In this document: one piece after another, positions 33,926-44,000 of the stretch
Position numbering within the stretch: position 1 is the first letter of the stretch
How the letters are laid out: each line of letters begins with the position of its first letter
Origin: a virus
Lineage: Duplodnaviria > Caudoviricetes
Virus record (IMG/VR): IMGVR_UViG_3300032092_000001
DNA: 64,000 nt
Strand: one strand, 5' to 3'
The notes under the pieces: model-generated
Told to the model about the DNA's origin: nothing
The model's input: the letters and a program-made list of their open reading frames with translations, nothing else
Database searches by the model: none
Position numbers and translations under genes: made by a program

Positions 33926-34375
33926 TTGTTTTAAGAACTCTTCTTTTGTAAAATTGTTCTTTTTCTTTGGTTGAGTAACCTTAGTTTCAACTATTCTTGG
34001 TTTTTCAACAATTGTTTCTTCTTGTTCAATTACTTGAACTTTCATTTTTGGTTTTTCTTCAACTTGTTCTTGGACTACCACATTAACTTTCTTATTTGTT
34101 TTAACTGTGAAGTCTGAAGACCATGGCTCAAAATATACGTCATCAGCAATAACTTCCAATCTCATATTACCATTTGAACCTTCAGATAAGAAATGTTTTG
34201 TTTTAGGAATGTTAACTTCACAAAGTCCGTTATTCTCAATTCTACCTTTAAACATATAAGACATTTCATCTGTCTCAACAACTAATCTTACTTGTGATTT
34301 TGCAAGAGATGTTCCTTCTATTTCAATATTACAATTGAACTTATTTGGTTTGTCTGTATATAAACTGTACGCCAT
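33905..34375 (-). CDS. Hypothetical late protein (156 aa)
   Basis: ORF track; TATTTAT upstream. Confidence 0.75.
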   Translation of the reverse strand: MAYSLYTDKPNKFNCNIEIEGTSLAKSQVRLVVETDEMSYMFKGRIENNGLCEVNIPKTKHFLSEGSNGNMRLEVIADDVYFEPWSSDFTVKTNKKVNVVVQEQVEEKPKMKVQVIEQEETIVEKPRIVETKVTQPKKKNNFTKEEFLKQLLNKNL

Positions 34376-34389
34376 ATCTCATAAATATA

Positions 34390-34725
34390 TCAATCTTCAT
34401 TAATTTTAACATTGACTTTCACAAATCTTTCAACAGATGCTTTAACTTCAATATCCGATAATTTAATCTTAACTTTTGTGTTTTTGTTTTTATTCACTTT
34501 TCTTTCAAACTCAATCTCATCAACATTTAATCTAACAAATAAGTTAATAAGTATTTCTTTTTCATCTTCAGGTAAATCCTTTAATCTCTTCCTTAGTGTT
34601 TGTGATGATATCGCACCTCCTCCACCTCCAATAACTTTTTCAATAACACAGCCTTCCGCCCAAGTGAAAGGTGTATCAATCCAAGCAAAAGGTGTTTCAT
34701 CCCAAGCGTAACAAATAGTAGCCAT
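34390..34725 (-). CDS. Hypothetical late protein (111 aa)
   Basis: ORF track; palindromic TATTTATAAATA in the divergent spacer. Confidence 0.7.
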   Translation of the reverse strand: MATICYAWDETPFAWIDTPFTWAEGCVIEKVIGGGGGAISSQTLRKRLKDLPEDEKEILINLFVRLNVDEIEFERKVNKNKNTKVKIKLSDIEVKASVERFVKVNVKINED

Positions 34726-34763
34726 ACTATTTATAAATAACTTAAAATTTGTAAAATTAAAGC

Positions 34764-35297
34764 ATGGCCGATATTAAAGACCAATTAATTAAAGATTCTT
34801 ATAATTACGTCTTACAATCTGACTTATCAACTGGTGTAGTATATCGAATAGGTGGAACCATCCCTGTAAATCCAATTTTTTCTTCAGGACTTACAATTAA
34901 TGATAGTTTTACATATTCTAACGGAACTGAACAGAATGGATTCGCTTTATTAACGGATGGTACAGGTTATGCGTATTGGGGACCTGTATCTGGGTCGTCA
35001 AATGGACAATATCTTCATTTAAGTGGTGGTACTGTAACCGGTCCGACTATTTTTCAAAGTGGGGTTACTGCCAATACAATTTACACATCAAGTAAATTAA
35101 GTGTTGGGGGATTACCTCAAAATTTATCGGCGATAATTGAAATTGCCAGCACAACTCAAGGAATTTTATTTCCTAGAATGACAAATTCTCAAAGAGAATC
35201 AATAGTAAGTCCTACTCCAGGGTTATTTGTTTTTTGTACGGATTTCCCTGATGGACTATTTATGTATAAATCCACAGGTTGGTTACAAATATTATAA
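34764..35297 (+). CDS. Tail-associated protein
   Basis: YLHLSGGTVTG fibre motif; GILFPRMT..QR..I.SP.PGL.VF.TD C-terminal motif. Confidence 0.7.
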   Translation: MADIKDQLIKDSYNYVLQSDLSTGVVYRIGGTIPVNPIFSSGLTINDSFTYSNGTEQNGFALLTDGTGYAYWGPVSGSSNGQYLHLSGGTVTGPTIFQSGVTANTIYTSSKLSVGGLPQNLSAIIEIASTTQGILFPRMTNSQRESIVSPTPGLFVFCTDFPDGLFMYKSTGWLQIL

Positions 35298-35300
35298 GGA

Positions 35301-38300
35301 ATGGCAAATAACGGTATATATTATAGTTCGGGTAATACTTTAAATTTTACAACAGATAATACTACTTGGGCAACATTGACAAGTGGTGGAACATTTGTAA
35401 TTAATACTGTTTCAGGAGGTACTTATCTTAATTTACCAGCGTCGACTGGAGGTACTTCAACATCAGGAGCTTATCTTCCTTTAAGTGGTGGAACAGTAAC
35501 AGGAGCAACTAACTTCACAGGTGGGTTGACTGCAAATACAATATCAGCAACCACAATATCACAACCATTCACAACAGGTTCGGTAATATTCCAAGGAAGT
35601 GGTGGAACATTAAGTCAAAGTAACTCACAATTATTTTGGGATAATACAAATAACAGATTCGGGGTTGGGACTAATACTTTTTGGGGAACCACTAAAGCAC
35701 TTGTTGTAGATAGTGCAACTGAAGGTAGATTAGGAGTTGCTAATACAGGTAAACAAGGTGTTTATTTGGGACGAGTTTCTAATTTTTCTCAAATATTTGC
35801 TTACGATTATACCGCAGTGGCAGCACTACCATTATCAATAAATTCATTTGGTGGAAACGTACTAATAGGAACCACAACAGATTCGGGTTATCTATTAGAT
35901 GTTAACGGAACAAGTCGTTTAAATGGATTATCGTCAATAAACGGGGTCGGAGTTGCTAATACTGCATTGGCAATTTATGCCAACGGGACAGGTGGCGGTA
36001 ACTATATTATAAATGCGTATGACTCAGGTTTAGTTCAAAGATTTTACGTCGCAGCGAGTGGTAATTTTAGAATAGCTGGAGCTACTGATACAGGTACGAG
36101 TGGTTCAGATGAAAAAATGAGATTGACGTTAACGTTCTCACCAACAAGTGGGAATCGTGAACATTATGGACATTATATCACACAAACAATAAATCAAACA
36201 GGAGGTGCAAGTGGTATCACAAGAGGGATTTATATTACCCCAACATTAACTTCGGCGTATGATTATAGAGCAATAGAAACTACCATAGGAGATGTAATGT
36301 TAAATACTATAAGTGGTAACACACTTATTGGTACAACTGCTGACACAGGAACTTACAAATTAGACGTTAATGGGGCCACGAGGGTAAGTGGTGTAATGCG
36401 TTCAACAGATGTTTTTGTAGTAGGAGGAACTGCAACCTCAAACACTGCAAATGCTCGTTTTTGGTCAAGTGGCGGTCAAGCTCCAACAAGTGGATTATAT
36501 CGAGGTTTTTATACCGACATTTCATTCATTCCTACCAATGGAAGTTCTGAATGGTATGGATTAGATTTAAGACCGACTATTAACCAAACAGGTGGTGCAA
36601 ATGGTGTAACACGAGGTTTATATATCGCAGCCGCACTAACATCCGCAGCTGACTTTAGGGCAATAGAAACTACCGTCGGTAATGTAATTTTAAATGGTAC
36701 AAGTGGTAACACCATAATAGGTAAAACAACAGATTCAGGTCAAAAATTACAAGTTAGTGGAAATACATTAATCCAAGGTGGTTTAACTGCCACAACGATA
36801 TCCGCAACGACATATCAAAACTTACCTTTTTCAGGTAGTGTAACAGGTAGTGGAACAACAGGTTATTTACCAAAATGGACAGGTTCAACAGGTTTAAGTA
36901 ATTCTTTAGTTTACGATGCAACAACAGGTGTTACAATAGGGACAGGTTTTACTTGGAATAATACAAATTCAAGATTAGGAATTGGGACAAGTAGTCCTTC
37001 ATATAGTATCCATTCAACAGGTACTATTTCGACGGGTACAGGAAACTTATTGGACGGAACATTACGAATTGAGCGTTCAGGCGGGGGTATTGGATTAGTA
37101 ATTCAAGGTTCAAATGGAAATGTTATTGGTGGAGGTGGTTACCCGGCTTATGAACCATATAACTACGGAACCGCTGACCATAACTTTAACATAGGTCACG
37201 CATCTGTAGGTAATTATAATTGGTTTGTTGGGACAAATTCTACATTGAATCTTAACACCAATTTAATGCGTCTTACCAGGGGTGGTAATTTACTCATTGG
37301 CACAACAACAGATTCAGGATATAAATTAGACGTAAATGGTACCGCAAGATTTACTAATTACGTGTACGCCCAATCAGGAGTTACTGTTGGTGGTACAGGT
37401 GGGGTTGCTGGGGTATTTCCAGCCGCAGGGTCAGTATTAAATAGAGAAACAGTAGTACTACGAGGAGGTCTAATTCCATCCGACGCCGGAGATGATATAG
37501 TTTTATCCAATGGCCAAGGAGACGCCGCAAATACATCGTCAACAAGAACTTTAGTAAACATTTCCAGAGGTTTCAATCCAATAAGTGGAACGGGGGTTTA
37601 TAATATTTTAAGAATAACTTCTCCCATTAACCAAACGGGAGGCGCTAATGGTATTACACGAGGTCTTTATGTTAATCCAACATTAACATCCGCAGCTGAC
37701 TTTAGAGCCATTGAAGTAGAAAGAGGTAAAGTAATATTAAATAGTATAAGTGGTAACACGTTAATTGGTACCACCGCAGACACAGGAACTTACAAATTAG
37801 ATGTCCTTGGTAATACAAGATTCTCAGCAACAACAGGAACAAGTTTAACTGTAATCAGTTCAGGTAATAGTACATCATCACCTGTCTTTTCAGTTCAAGG
37901 TTCACAAGGTGAGTTGTTTAGTGTTACAGATAGTTTAACAGGTTCATTATTCTCTGTAAGTGACATATCAGGTTTACCAATAATGGAAGTATTCTCTGAT
38001 AGTACAATAATACTTGGAGATTACCAAGCTCCATCACTTTATACAACAAAACGTGTCACATCAATTACCGCATCAACAGGTACAACAATCTATTCATTCC
38101 CAACAAGTGCTTACACATCTTCATTTGTTGATTATTATGTGTCAGGTAGTACGGGATTAAGAGCGGGTAATATTATGGCAATATGGAGTGGTACTTCAGT
38201 TAACTTTACTGAAACATCTACTAATGATTTGGGCAATACTACTCCGTTAACTTTTGGTTTTGTAATCTCAGGTTCAAATGCGGTTTTACAAGCATCAGCT

Positions 38301-38345
38301 TCAACATCTACTTGGATAGTTAAAACAATAGTTAGAGGGTTATAA
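35301..38345 (+). CDS. Tail fibre-like protein (1014 aa) with internal repeats
   Basis: G/T/S/N-rich; repeated GNxLIGTTxDxGYKLDVNG; triplicated INQTGGAxGITRG module. Confidence 0.8.
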   Translation: MANNGIYYSSGNTLNFTTDNTTWATLTSGGTFVINTVSGGTYLNLPASTGGTSTSGAYLPLSGGTVTGATNFTGGLTANTISATTISQPFTTGSVIFQGSGGTLSQSNSQLFWDNTNNRFGVGTNTFWGTTKALVVDSATEGRLGVANTGKQGVYLGRVSNFSQIFAYDYTAVAALPLSINSFGGNVLIGTTTDSGYLLDVNGTSRLNGLSSINGVGVANTALAIYANGTGGGNYIINAYDSGLVQRFYVAASGNFRIAGATDTGTSGSDEKMRLTLTFSPTSGNREHYGHYITQTINQTGGASGITRGIYITPTLTSAYDYRAIETTIGDVMLNTISGNTLIGTTADTGTYKLDVNGATRVSGVMRSTDVFVVGGTATSNTANARFWSSGGQAPTSGLYRGFYTDISFIPTNGSSEWYGLDLRPTINQTGGANGVTRGLYIAAALTSAADFRAIETTVGNVILNGTSGNTIIGKTTDSGQKLQVSGNTLIQGGLTATTISATTYQNLPFSGSVTGSGTTGYLPKWTGSTGLSNSLVYDATTGVTIGTGFTWNNTNSRLGIGTSSPSYSIHSTGTISTGTGNLLDGTLRIERSGGGIGLVIQGSNGNVIGGGGYPAYEPYNYGTADHNFNIGHASVGNYNWFVGTNSTLNLNTNLMRLTRGGNLLIGTTTDSGYKLDVNGTARFTNYVYAQSGVTVGGTGGVAGVFPAAGSVLNRETVVLRGGLIPSDAGDDIVLSNGQGDAANTSSTRTLVNISRGFNPISGTGVYNILRITSPINQTGGANGITRGLYVNPTLTSAADFRAIEVERGKVILNSISGNTLIGTTADTGTYKLDVLGNTRFSATTGTSLTVISSGNSTSSPVFSVQGSQGELFSVTDSLTGSLFSVSDISGLPIMEVFSDSTIILGDYQAPSLYTTKRVTSITASTGTTIYSFPTSAYTSSFVDYYVSGSTGLRAGNIMAIWSGTSVNFTETSTNDLGNTTPLTFGFVISGSNAVLQASASTSTWIVKTIVRGL

Positions 38346-38346
38346 T

Positions 38347-39042
38347 ATGGCTTTTAGATATTCACCCAAAATAGTAACGGACGGATTAGTTTTATACTTG
38401 GATGCTGCGAATACTAAATCATATGTAAGTGGGAGTACTATATGGACTGATATTTCACGTACAGGAATAAATGGAGTATTAGTTAATGGGCCAACTTTTA
38501 ATAGTGGAAATGGAGGAAGTATAGTATTTGATGGCACAAATGATTATGTCACATGCGGAAACATCCTAGATTATACATCAGGAAATTTTACATTTAGTTG
38601 TTGGGTTTACATTAATAGTTTAACAACAAATTCACCAGGACAAGGGCCTATTTTGTTTTATAAAGGCCAATTTAATTCTAAGGGATACTATACCCAAATA
38701 ACCCAAACTGGTAATTTATCTATAGTGACAAATAATCCGGGAGTAAACAACGTATCCACCACAAACTCAGGAATAATTTCAGCAGGCAATATATACAACT
38801 TAACTTTTTCTAGAAATGGAACTTCAATTCGTATATATGTCAACGGTGTAGATGTTACAACTTCACCTGGAGTACATGCCAATCCAACCACAAGTAGTGA
38901 GCCCTTTTTAATTTCCACTTATGCACTTTCAATTTATTCTAATATAAGAATTTTTAATTTTTTAAACTACAATAGAGTCCTTTCATCTTTAGAAGTTCTT
39001 CAAAACTACAATTCCACTAAATCAAGATTTGGATTAACATAA
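38347..39042 (+). CDS. Concanavalin A-like lectin / LamG domain protein
   Basis: IVTDGLVLYLDAA...FDGTNDY...YNRVLSSLEVLQNY. Confidence 0.85.
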   Translation: MAFRYSPKIVTDGLVLYLDAANTKSYVSGSTIWTDISRTGINGVLVNGPTFNSGNGGSIVFDGTNDYVTCGNILDYTSGNFTFSCWVYINSLTTNSPGQGPILFYKGQFNSKGYYTQITQTGNLSIVTNNPGVNNVSTTNSGIISAGNIYNLTFSRNGTSIRIYVNGVDVTTSPGVHANPTTSSEPFLISTYALSIYSNIRIFNFLNYNRVLSSLEVLQNYNSTKSRFGLT

Positions 39043-39043
39043 T

Positions 39044-39748
39044 ATGGCAGGAAGAATATCATATTACGGAGGAATAGTAAGAAATGGTCTAATATTAGAT
39101 TTAGATGCAGCAAAATTTGATTCATACCCTAAAACAGGTACCCGTTGGTATGATATCGTTTGGTCAACATCGGGTGGAACACTAATAAATGGTCCTGCGT
39201 TTAATAGTAATAATGGTGGTTATATTTCATTTGATGGTACGAATGATTATGCAGATTTAGGTAATGTATTATTTAATAGTGCGACTACAGTAACATTAGA
39301 TATATGGGTCAATATTCCCAGTATGGTAGTTAACAAGTACATAATGTCTAAAGGTTCTGCCGCTGATGGTATATCTACTTTTTTTTTAACAACAGGTCCT
39401 GGACCATCAGGTGGTGGTTCAAGTTATGTAAGATTTGCAATGGGTAATCAATCAGGTACCACTTCCTCCGTTATAGAGTATTCTAGTTTAGTTTGGGGTC
39501 AATGGTATAATTTTACTTTTACATATAATGGAACAACTATCACTGGATATAGAAATGCTTCAACACCACAAACCAGTTCATTGAGTGGGAATTTATATAC
39601 AACAACATCACCAATAAATTTGGCAAGTGATAAATATGGTAATGTGGGTGCGGCAAATATCGCGTCGTTTAAAATCTACAACAGAGTACTATCGTCAACA
39701 GAGGTACTTCAAAACTACAACGCAGTTAAAGGAAGATTTGGATTATAA
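39044..39748 (+). CDS. Concanavalin A-like lectin / LamG domain protein
   Basis: Paralog with GLILDLDAA...FDGTNDY...YNRVLS. Confidence 0.85.
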   Translation: MAGRISYYGGIVRNGLILDLDAAKFDSYPKTGTRWYDIVWSTSGGTLINGPAFNSNNGGYISFDGTNDYADLGNVLFNSATTVTLDIWVNIPSMVVNKYIMSKGSAADGISTFFLTTGPGPSGGGSSYVRFAMGNQSGTTSSVIEYSSLVWGQWYNFTFTYNGTTITGYRNASTPQTSSLSGNLYTTTSPINLASDKYGNVGAANIASFKIYNRVLSSTEVLQNYNAVKGRFGL

Positions 39749-39760
39749 TATTTATAACAT

Positions 39761-40018
39761 ATGGAATACGGACAAAGACAATTTATGATATTTGGTACAA
39801 GTGAGTTACCTCTTATTGATTTTACACAAGTTTTAGAAACATCAATAGATACCGTTAGAAAGTCGGTTGATGAAACAAAAACATTTGTTAAATGGGATGG
39901 TGAGGTCGTTCCATCAAGTGTGGATTCTTTAACAACAAAAGAAGGACCGTACACTTATGAAGAAATATTAACCATTTTACAAACTCCTGAATGGACATCT
40001 CCTGAACCAATTATATGA
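39761..40018 (+). CDS. Small tail-associated hypothetical protein
   Basis: ORF track; within the fibre cassette. Confidence 0.7.
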   Translation: MEYGQRQFMIFGTSELPLIDFTQVLETSIDTVRKSVDETKTFVKWDGEVVPSSVDSLTTKEGPYTYEEILTILQTPEWTSPEPII

Positions 40019-40767
40019 GTACAGTACAGAATGTAAGAAATATTACAACAAATGGATTGGTCTTATTCTTGGATGCCGCAAATCCTAAATCATATGTAAG
40101 TGGTAGTACCTCTTGGAATGATTTATCAATTGGTGGAAATAATGGAACCTTGATAAATGGACCAACATATAATAGTGGAAACGCTGGTAATATCTCTTTT
40201 GACGCTGTTGATGACTATTGTGCAATAACAAATAATTTAACAACTCGGCAAAAGTGGAGTAGTTTTTGGTCAAATTCTAATGAGGTTACCTTTATAATGG
40301 TAATCTCTGCAAATTTTTCAGGAAATACAACACAACGAGACCCAATATTCGGACAACAATACTACTATGGTGCGGGTTTTAGTATTGAAATTCACGCAAA
40401 CAACCAATCACCTCGTGCGATTGGTTATAATATAGGGGCTTCTGGTAATTTTAATAATCTTAATGGACCAACGTGGAGTAATTTTACTAATACTCCAACA
40501 TTTATTAGTATAACACATAATGGTACTACAAAGGCAGTAAGGTTTTCGGTAAATGGAGTGTTCTATAATACTGCACTACCTCAATCAGTTTCAGTCGGAA
40601 ACTTTATGAGTGATACAACAAACAACGTACAATTAGCAAGATTTACAGACGGAGAAGGTTATAGTAGTAAATCATTTTATCAATTAATGACTTACAATAG
40701 AGTACTTTCAGACCAAGAAGTTCTCCAAATTTATAATAGCGTCAGAGGTAGATTTAATTTACCATAG
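40015..40767 (+). CDS. Concanavalin A-like lectin / LamG domain protein
   Basis: Third paralog with GLVLFLDAA...FDAVDDY...YNRVLS. Confidence 0.85.
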   Translation: MSTVQNVRNITTNGLVLFLDAANPKSYVSGSTSWNDLSIGGNNGTLINGPTYNSGNAGNISFDAVDDYCAITNNLTTRQKWSSFWSNSNEVTFIMVISANFSGNTTQRDPIFGQQYYYGAGFSIEIHANNQSPRAIGYNIGASGNFNNLNGPTWSNFTNTPTFISITHNGTTKAVRFSVNGVFYNTALPQSVSVGNFMSDTTNNVQLARFTDGEGYSSKSFYQLMTYNRVLSDQEVLQIYNSVRGRFNLP

Positions 40768-40790
40768 TATTTATAGTAAACATTATTACT

Positions 40791-41042
40791 ATGAATATAG
40801 AAATTCAACCAGTTATCGTACCAACAAAAGGAACAGGTACTCAATTTAATTTAGATTCTCTCAAATTTCCGATGTTTCCAACATCTGTTCCATTCCTTTG
40901 GCAAGTGTTAACAGATGAAGGTATTCCTGTTTTGGAAGGTAACCTATATATGGACGAAGAAACATACAATGGATGGTCAAATGATGATAATTACGCAATT
41001 GATTGGGCTTTGAATGAGATAGGGTTACAAAGAGTAGTTTAA
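40791..41042 (+). CDS. Small tail-associated hypothetical protein
   Basis: ORF track; TATTTAT upstream. Confidence 0.7.
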   Translation: MNIEIQPVIVPTKGTGTQFNLDSLKFPMFPTSVPFLWQVLTDEGIPVLEGNLYMDEETYNGWSNDDNYAIDWALNEIGLQRVV

Positions 41043-41086
41043 TAACGTATTTATATAATAATCTTGGATAGGGAAAAGATTTAATT

Positions 41087-44000
41087 ATGGCAAACGAATT
41101 TAATATAAAAAATGGTTTTATAACCAGCGGCAACTCCAATGTTTACGCAAATCTAAATGTATCAGGTGGAATAACCGCAACGACGATATCCGCAACTACA
41201 TACACAAACTTACCAACATTCAGTGGTGGAACATTAACAGGTTTAACAATTAATGGTGATTTAACAGTTACAGGTGACACAAATATTTCAGGTGTCACAA
41301 CATTTAATTCCGCACCTGTATTCAATAACTTAACCAACTCAACTGAAATAAATGCTCTTGTTTTAGACGCATCAGGTAACGTATATCTTAATAGTAATTT
41401 CATTAATACCATTAATGGTTCAACAGGTATAAGCACGTCAACAGTTGCAGGAGTTACAACAATAACTAATACCGCACCTGACCAAACTGTAACAATCACA
41501 GGTGGAACTAATATGCAAGTTTCGGGTACTTACCCTAACTTCGGAGTTAACTTCACGGGTGGAACTGTAACTAATCCAACTAACTTTACCGGAGGTTTAA
41601 CTGCAAACACTCTTAACATATCAACAACACCAACAACTAACACCACAGATTCAAGTGTGTTAGTTAGAAATTCATCAACCGGAAATATTGAATCAAGAAA
41701 TATTAAAAGTTTAATTAATGCAAACAACACCGTAACTGTTGGTCTTGATGGAAGTGTGGGGGTTGATTTTAATAGTATTAAAGACGCAGTTGATAGTATT
41801 ACAGCGTCAACTTCAGCAAATACGTATAGTGTACAAGTTGCAGGTGGAGTTTATTATGAAGACCCATTCACAATCCCTTCTTGGGTTTCAGTTGTGGGTG
41901 AAAGTTCAGTATCAACAATTATCCAAGCAAATGATGGTTCACAGACATTAATTAATTTAAGTGACCAATCGGCATTATTTGATTGTCAGGTACAGGGTTG
42001 TACCGGCACATCAGTATCTGCAATTGTTTATTCTTCCTCAACGACTCCTCAATCAAGTGCAATCTCATATGTTGAGAACGTTAGATTTGGAGCAAACTAC
42101 ACTCACGCAAAAGTTGTAGCTTATGGTGGTGCAAATGTCATCATGCAATGTTCAAACGTTAAGTATGGTGGTTATCCATTCACAATAGGTTTTTACGCAA
42201 CCAATAGTGGTAGTGGTATTGGTAGAATGCAGTTAAGAAACGTAACCTCTACTAATGGTGGAATTACAACAACAACAGGACTTATTTTTGCCAAAGCAGA
42301 TGCCGCAAGTTGTGGTTTTGTCGTTAATGGATGTCTATTAACGAAAGCGGTAGGAGCAGCTGCGGGAACAGGTTTCTATGTTGAGAATGGTGGATTTTTA
42401 AGATTGACAGCAGTTAACTTCCAAAGATGGTCCGTTGGTATTGACGCACCTCAAGTTGGGGCGGCTCCAAGTATTGATGCAACCGCATTAAACTTTGAGA
42501 ACAATACAATTGACGTAAACATCGCTCACTCAGGTGCAACAGGTAAGATTCAAGGAACTGATAATTTCTTAAAGACAATCATCAACCCTGATGCCCCTCT
42601 TTATGAGGTTAGCCAAGACCCTAGACAAATCACCGTTGCTAAGAAAGGTGGTGATTTTTCGGGTATTACAGAGGCAGTTAGTTATTTAATATCTTCAGGA
42701 AACACATCATCTACAAATAGATATATTATTAGTGTTGGCCCAGGTAAATTTGAAGAGGAAGAAATTGATTTAACAAGTACCCCTTACGTCAGTATTGTTG
42801 GTAGTGATATTTTACAAACAGTCATTATCCCTAAATCAGGGTTTGAGTCCGGTTATCTTTTCATATTAGGGGATTCAAATGAATTGTCGTTTATGACAAT
42901 ATCGGGTATGACGGGTTCAGGTGGTGTTGGTATTTTTTGCAGAAACACTGGAGGTTTTTCACTTGTACATAAAATTTCTATGTATGATAATGATACTCAT
43001 ATTGCGGTACAGTCAAGTTCTTTAGATACTCAATTTTTTGGTGAATATGTGGATTTAAATGGTGACTACAATTATGGAGTTTCTGTAATTTCAGCGGGAG
43101 GAAGTGCCTCGGCAAATTTAGAAAACCATTATAACTTTGCAACAGGAGCGTTAGGATTACCAACCATCGCATATTACGCACAAGGTGTTGATGCGTCAAT
43201 AAATGTAACCGTTGGTGATAATATTGGTCAGTCAGCGACTGATTCAGCATGTATAGTAATTGAAGACGGTGCTGATTTAAACATATCAAGTATTAACATT
43301 AATGGTTGGGATTACGGTATACGTAACCCAAATATAGGTAGTGGTTGTACTTTTGATATTGATGGTATCAGTATCGTTAATTCAACAATAAAAGATTTGA
43401 GAATTGACCAACAATTTACAACAGGCACAATTCAAGGTAGTTTATCTCACCAAAAGATTACAAATAATGCCCCCGGCGTTTATTGGCAGTTCTTGGACCA
43501 CGATGATGGTGAATTGGACGTTACTAGAAAAATATCTATAACATTTGAAGATGGTACTCATACCGACACTTCAACATTAATCTTCCAAGCAAGTACGATG
43601 GGAGCAATGACGGGTGGAACTATCACTTCTATTGGTGGATTGTCGGCTCAAACATCTAGTGGATATGGATATCTACAAAACCCATCAAGTGAAATATTCC
43701 AAAGAATTGATTGGACTAATTCAGTAATACTATTAGGAGCAAATACAAACAATTACATCTATATTAATAGTAGTTCAATATTATCGGCATCCAATACAAT
43801 ACCTAATAATACTGAAAACATTATATTAGGTAGAGTGGTTACCAATGCATCAACAATTGAGTTCATTGACCCATCACCACAAAAAGCCCAACATACCTCA
43901 AACTTATTCTCAACATTTAATAGAATCGCTCTTGGTCCCGTTTATGCTACAGGTTCATTAGTAACACAAAACGCTACGGCATTTAGAATAAATGTTAGTA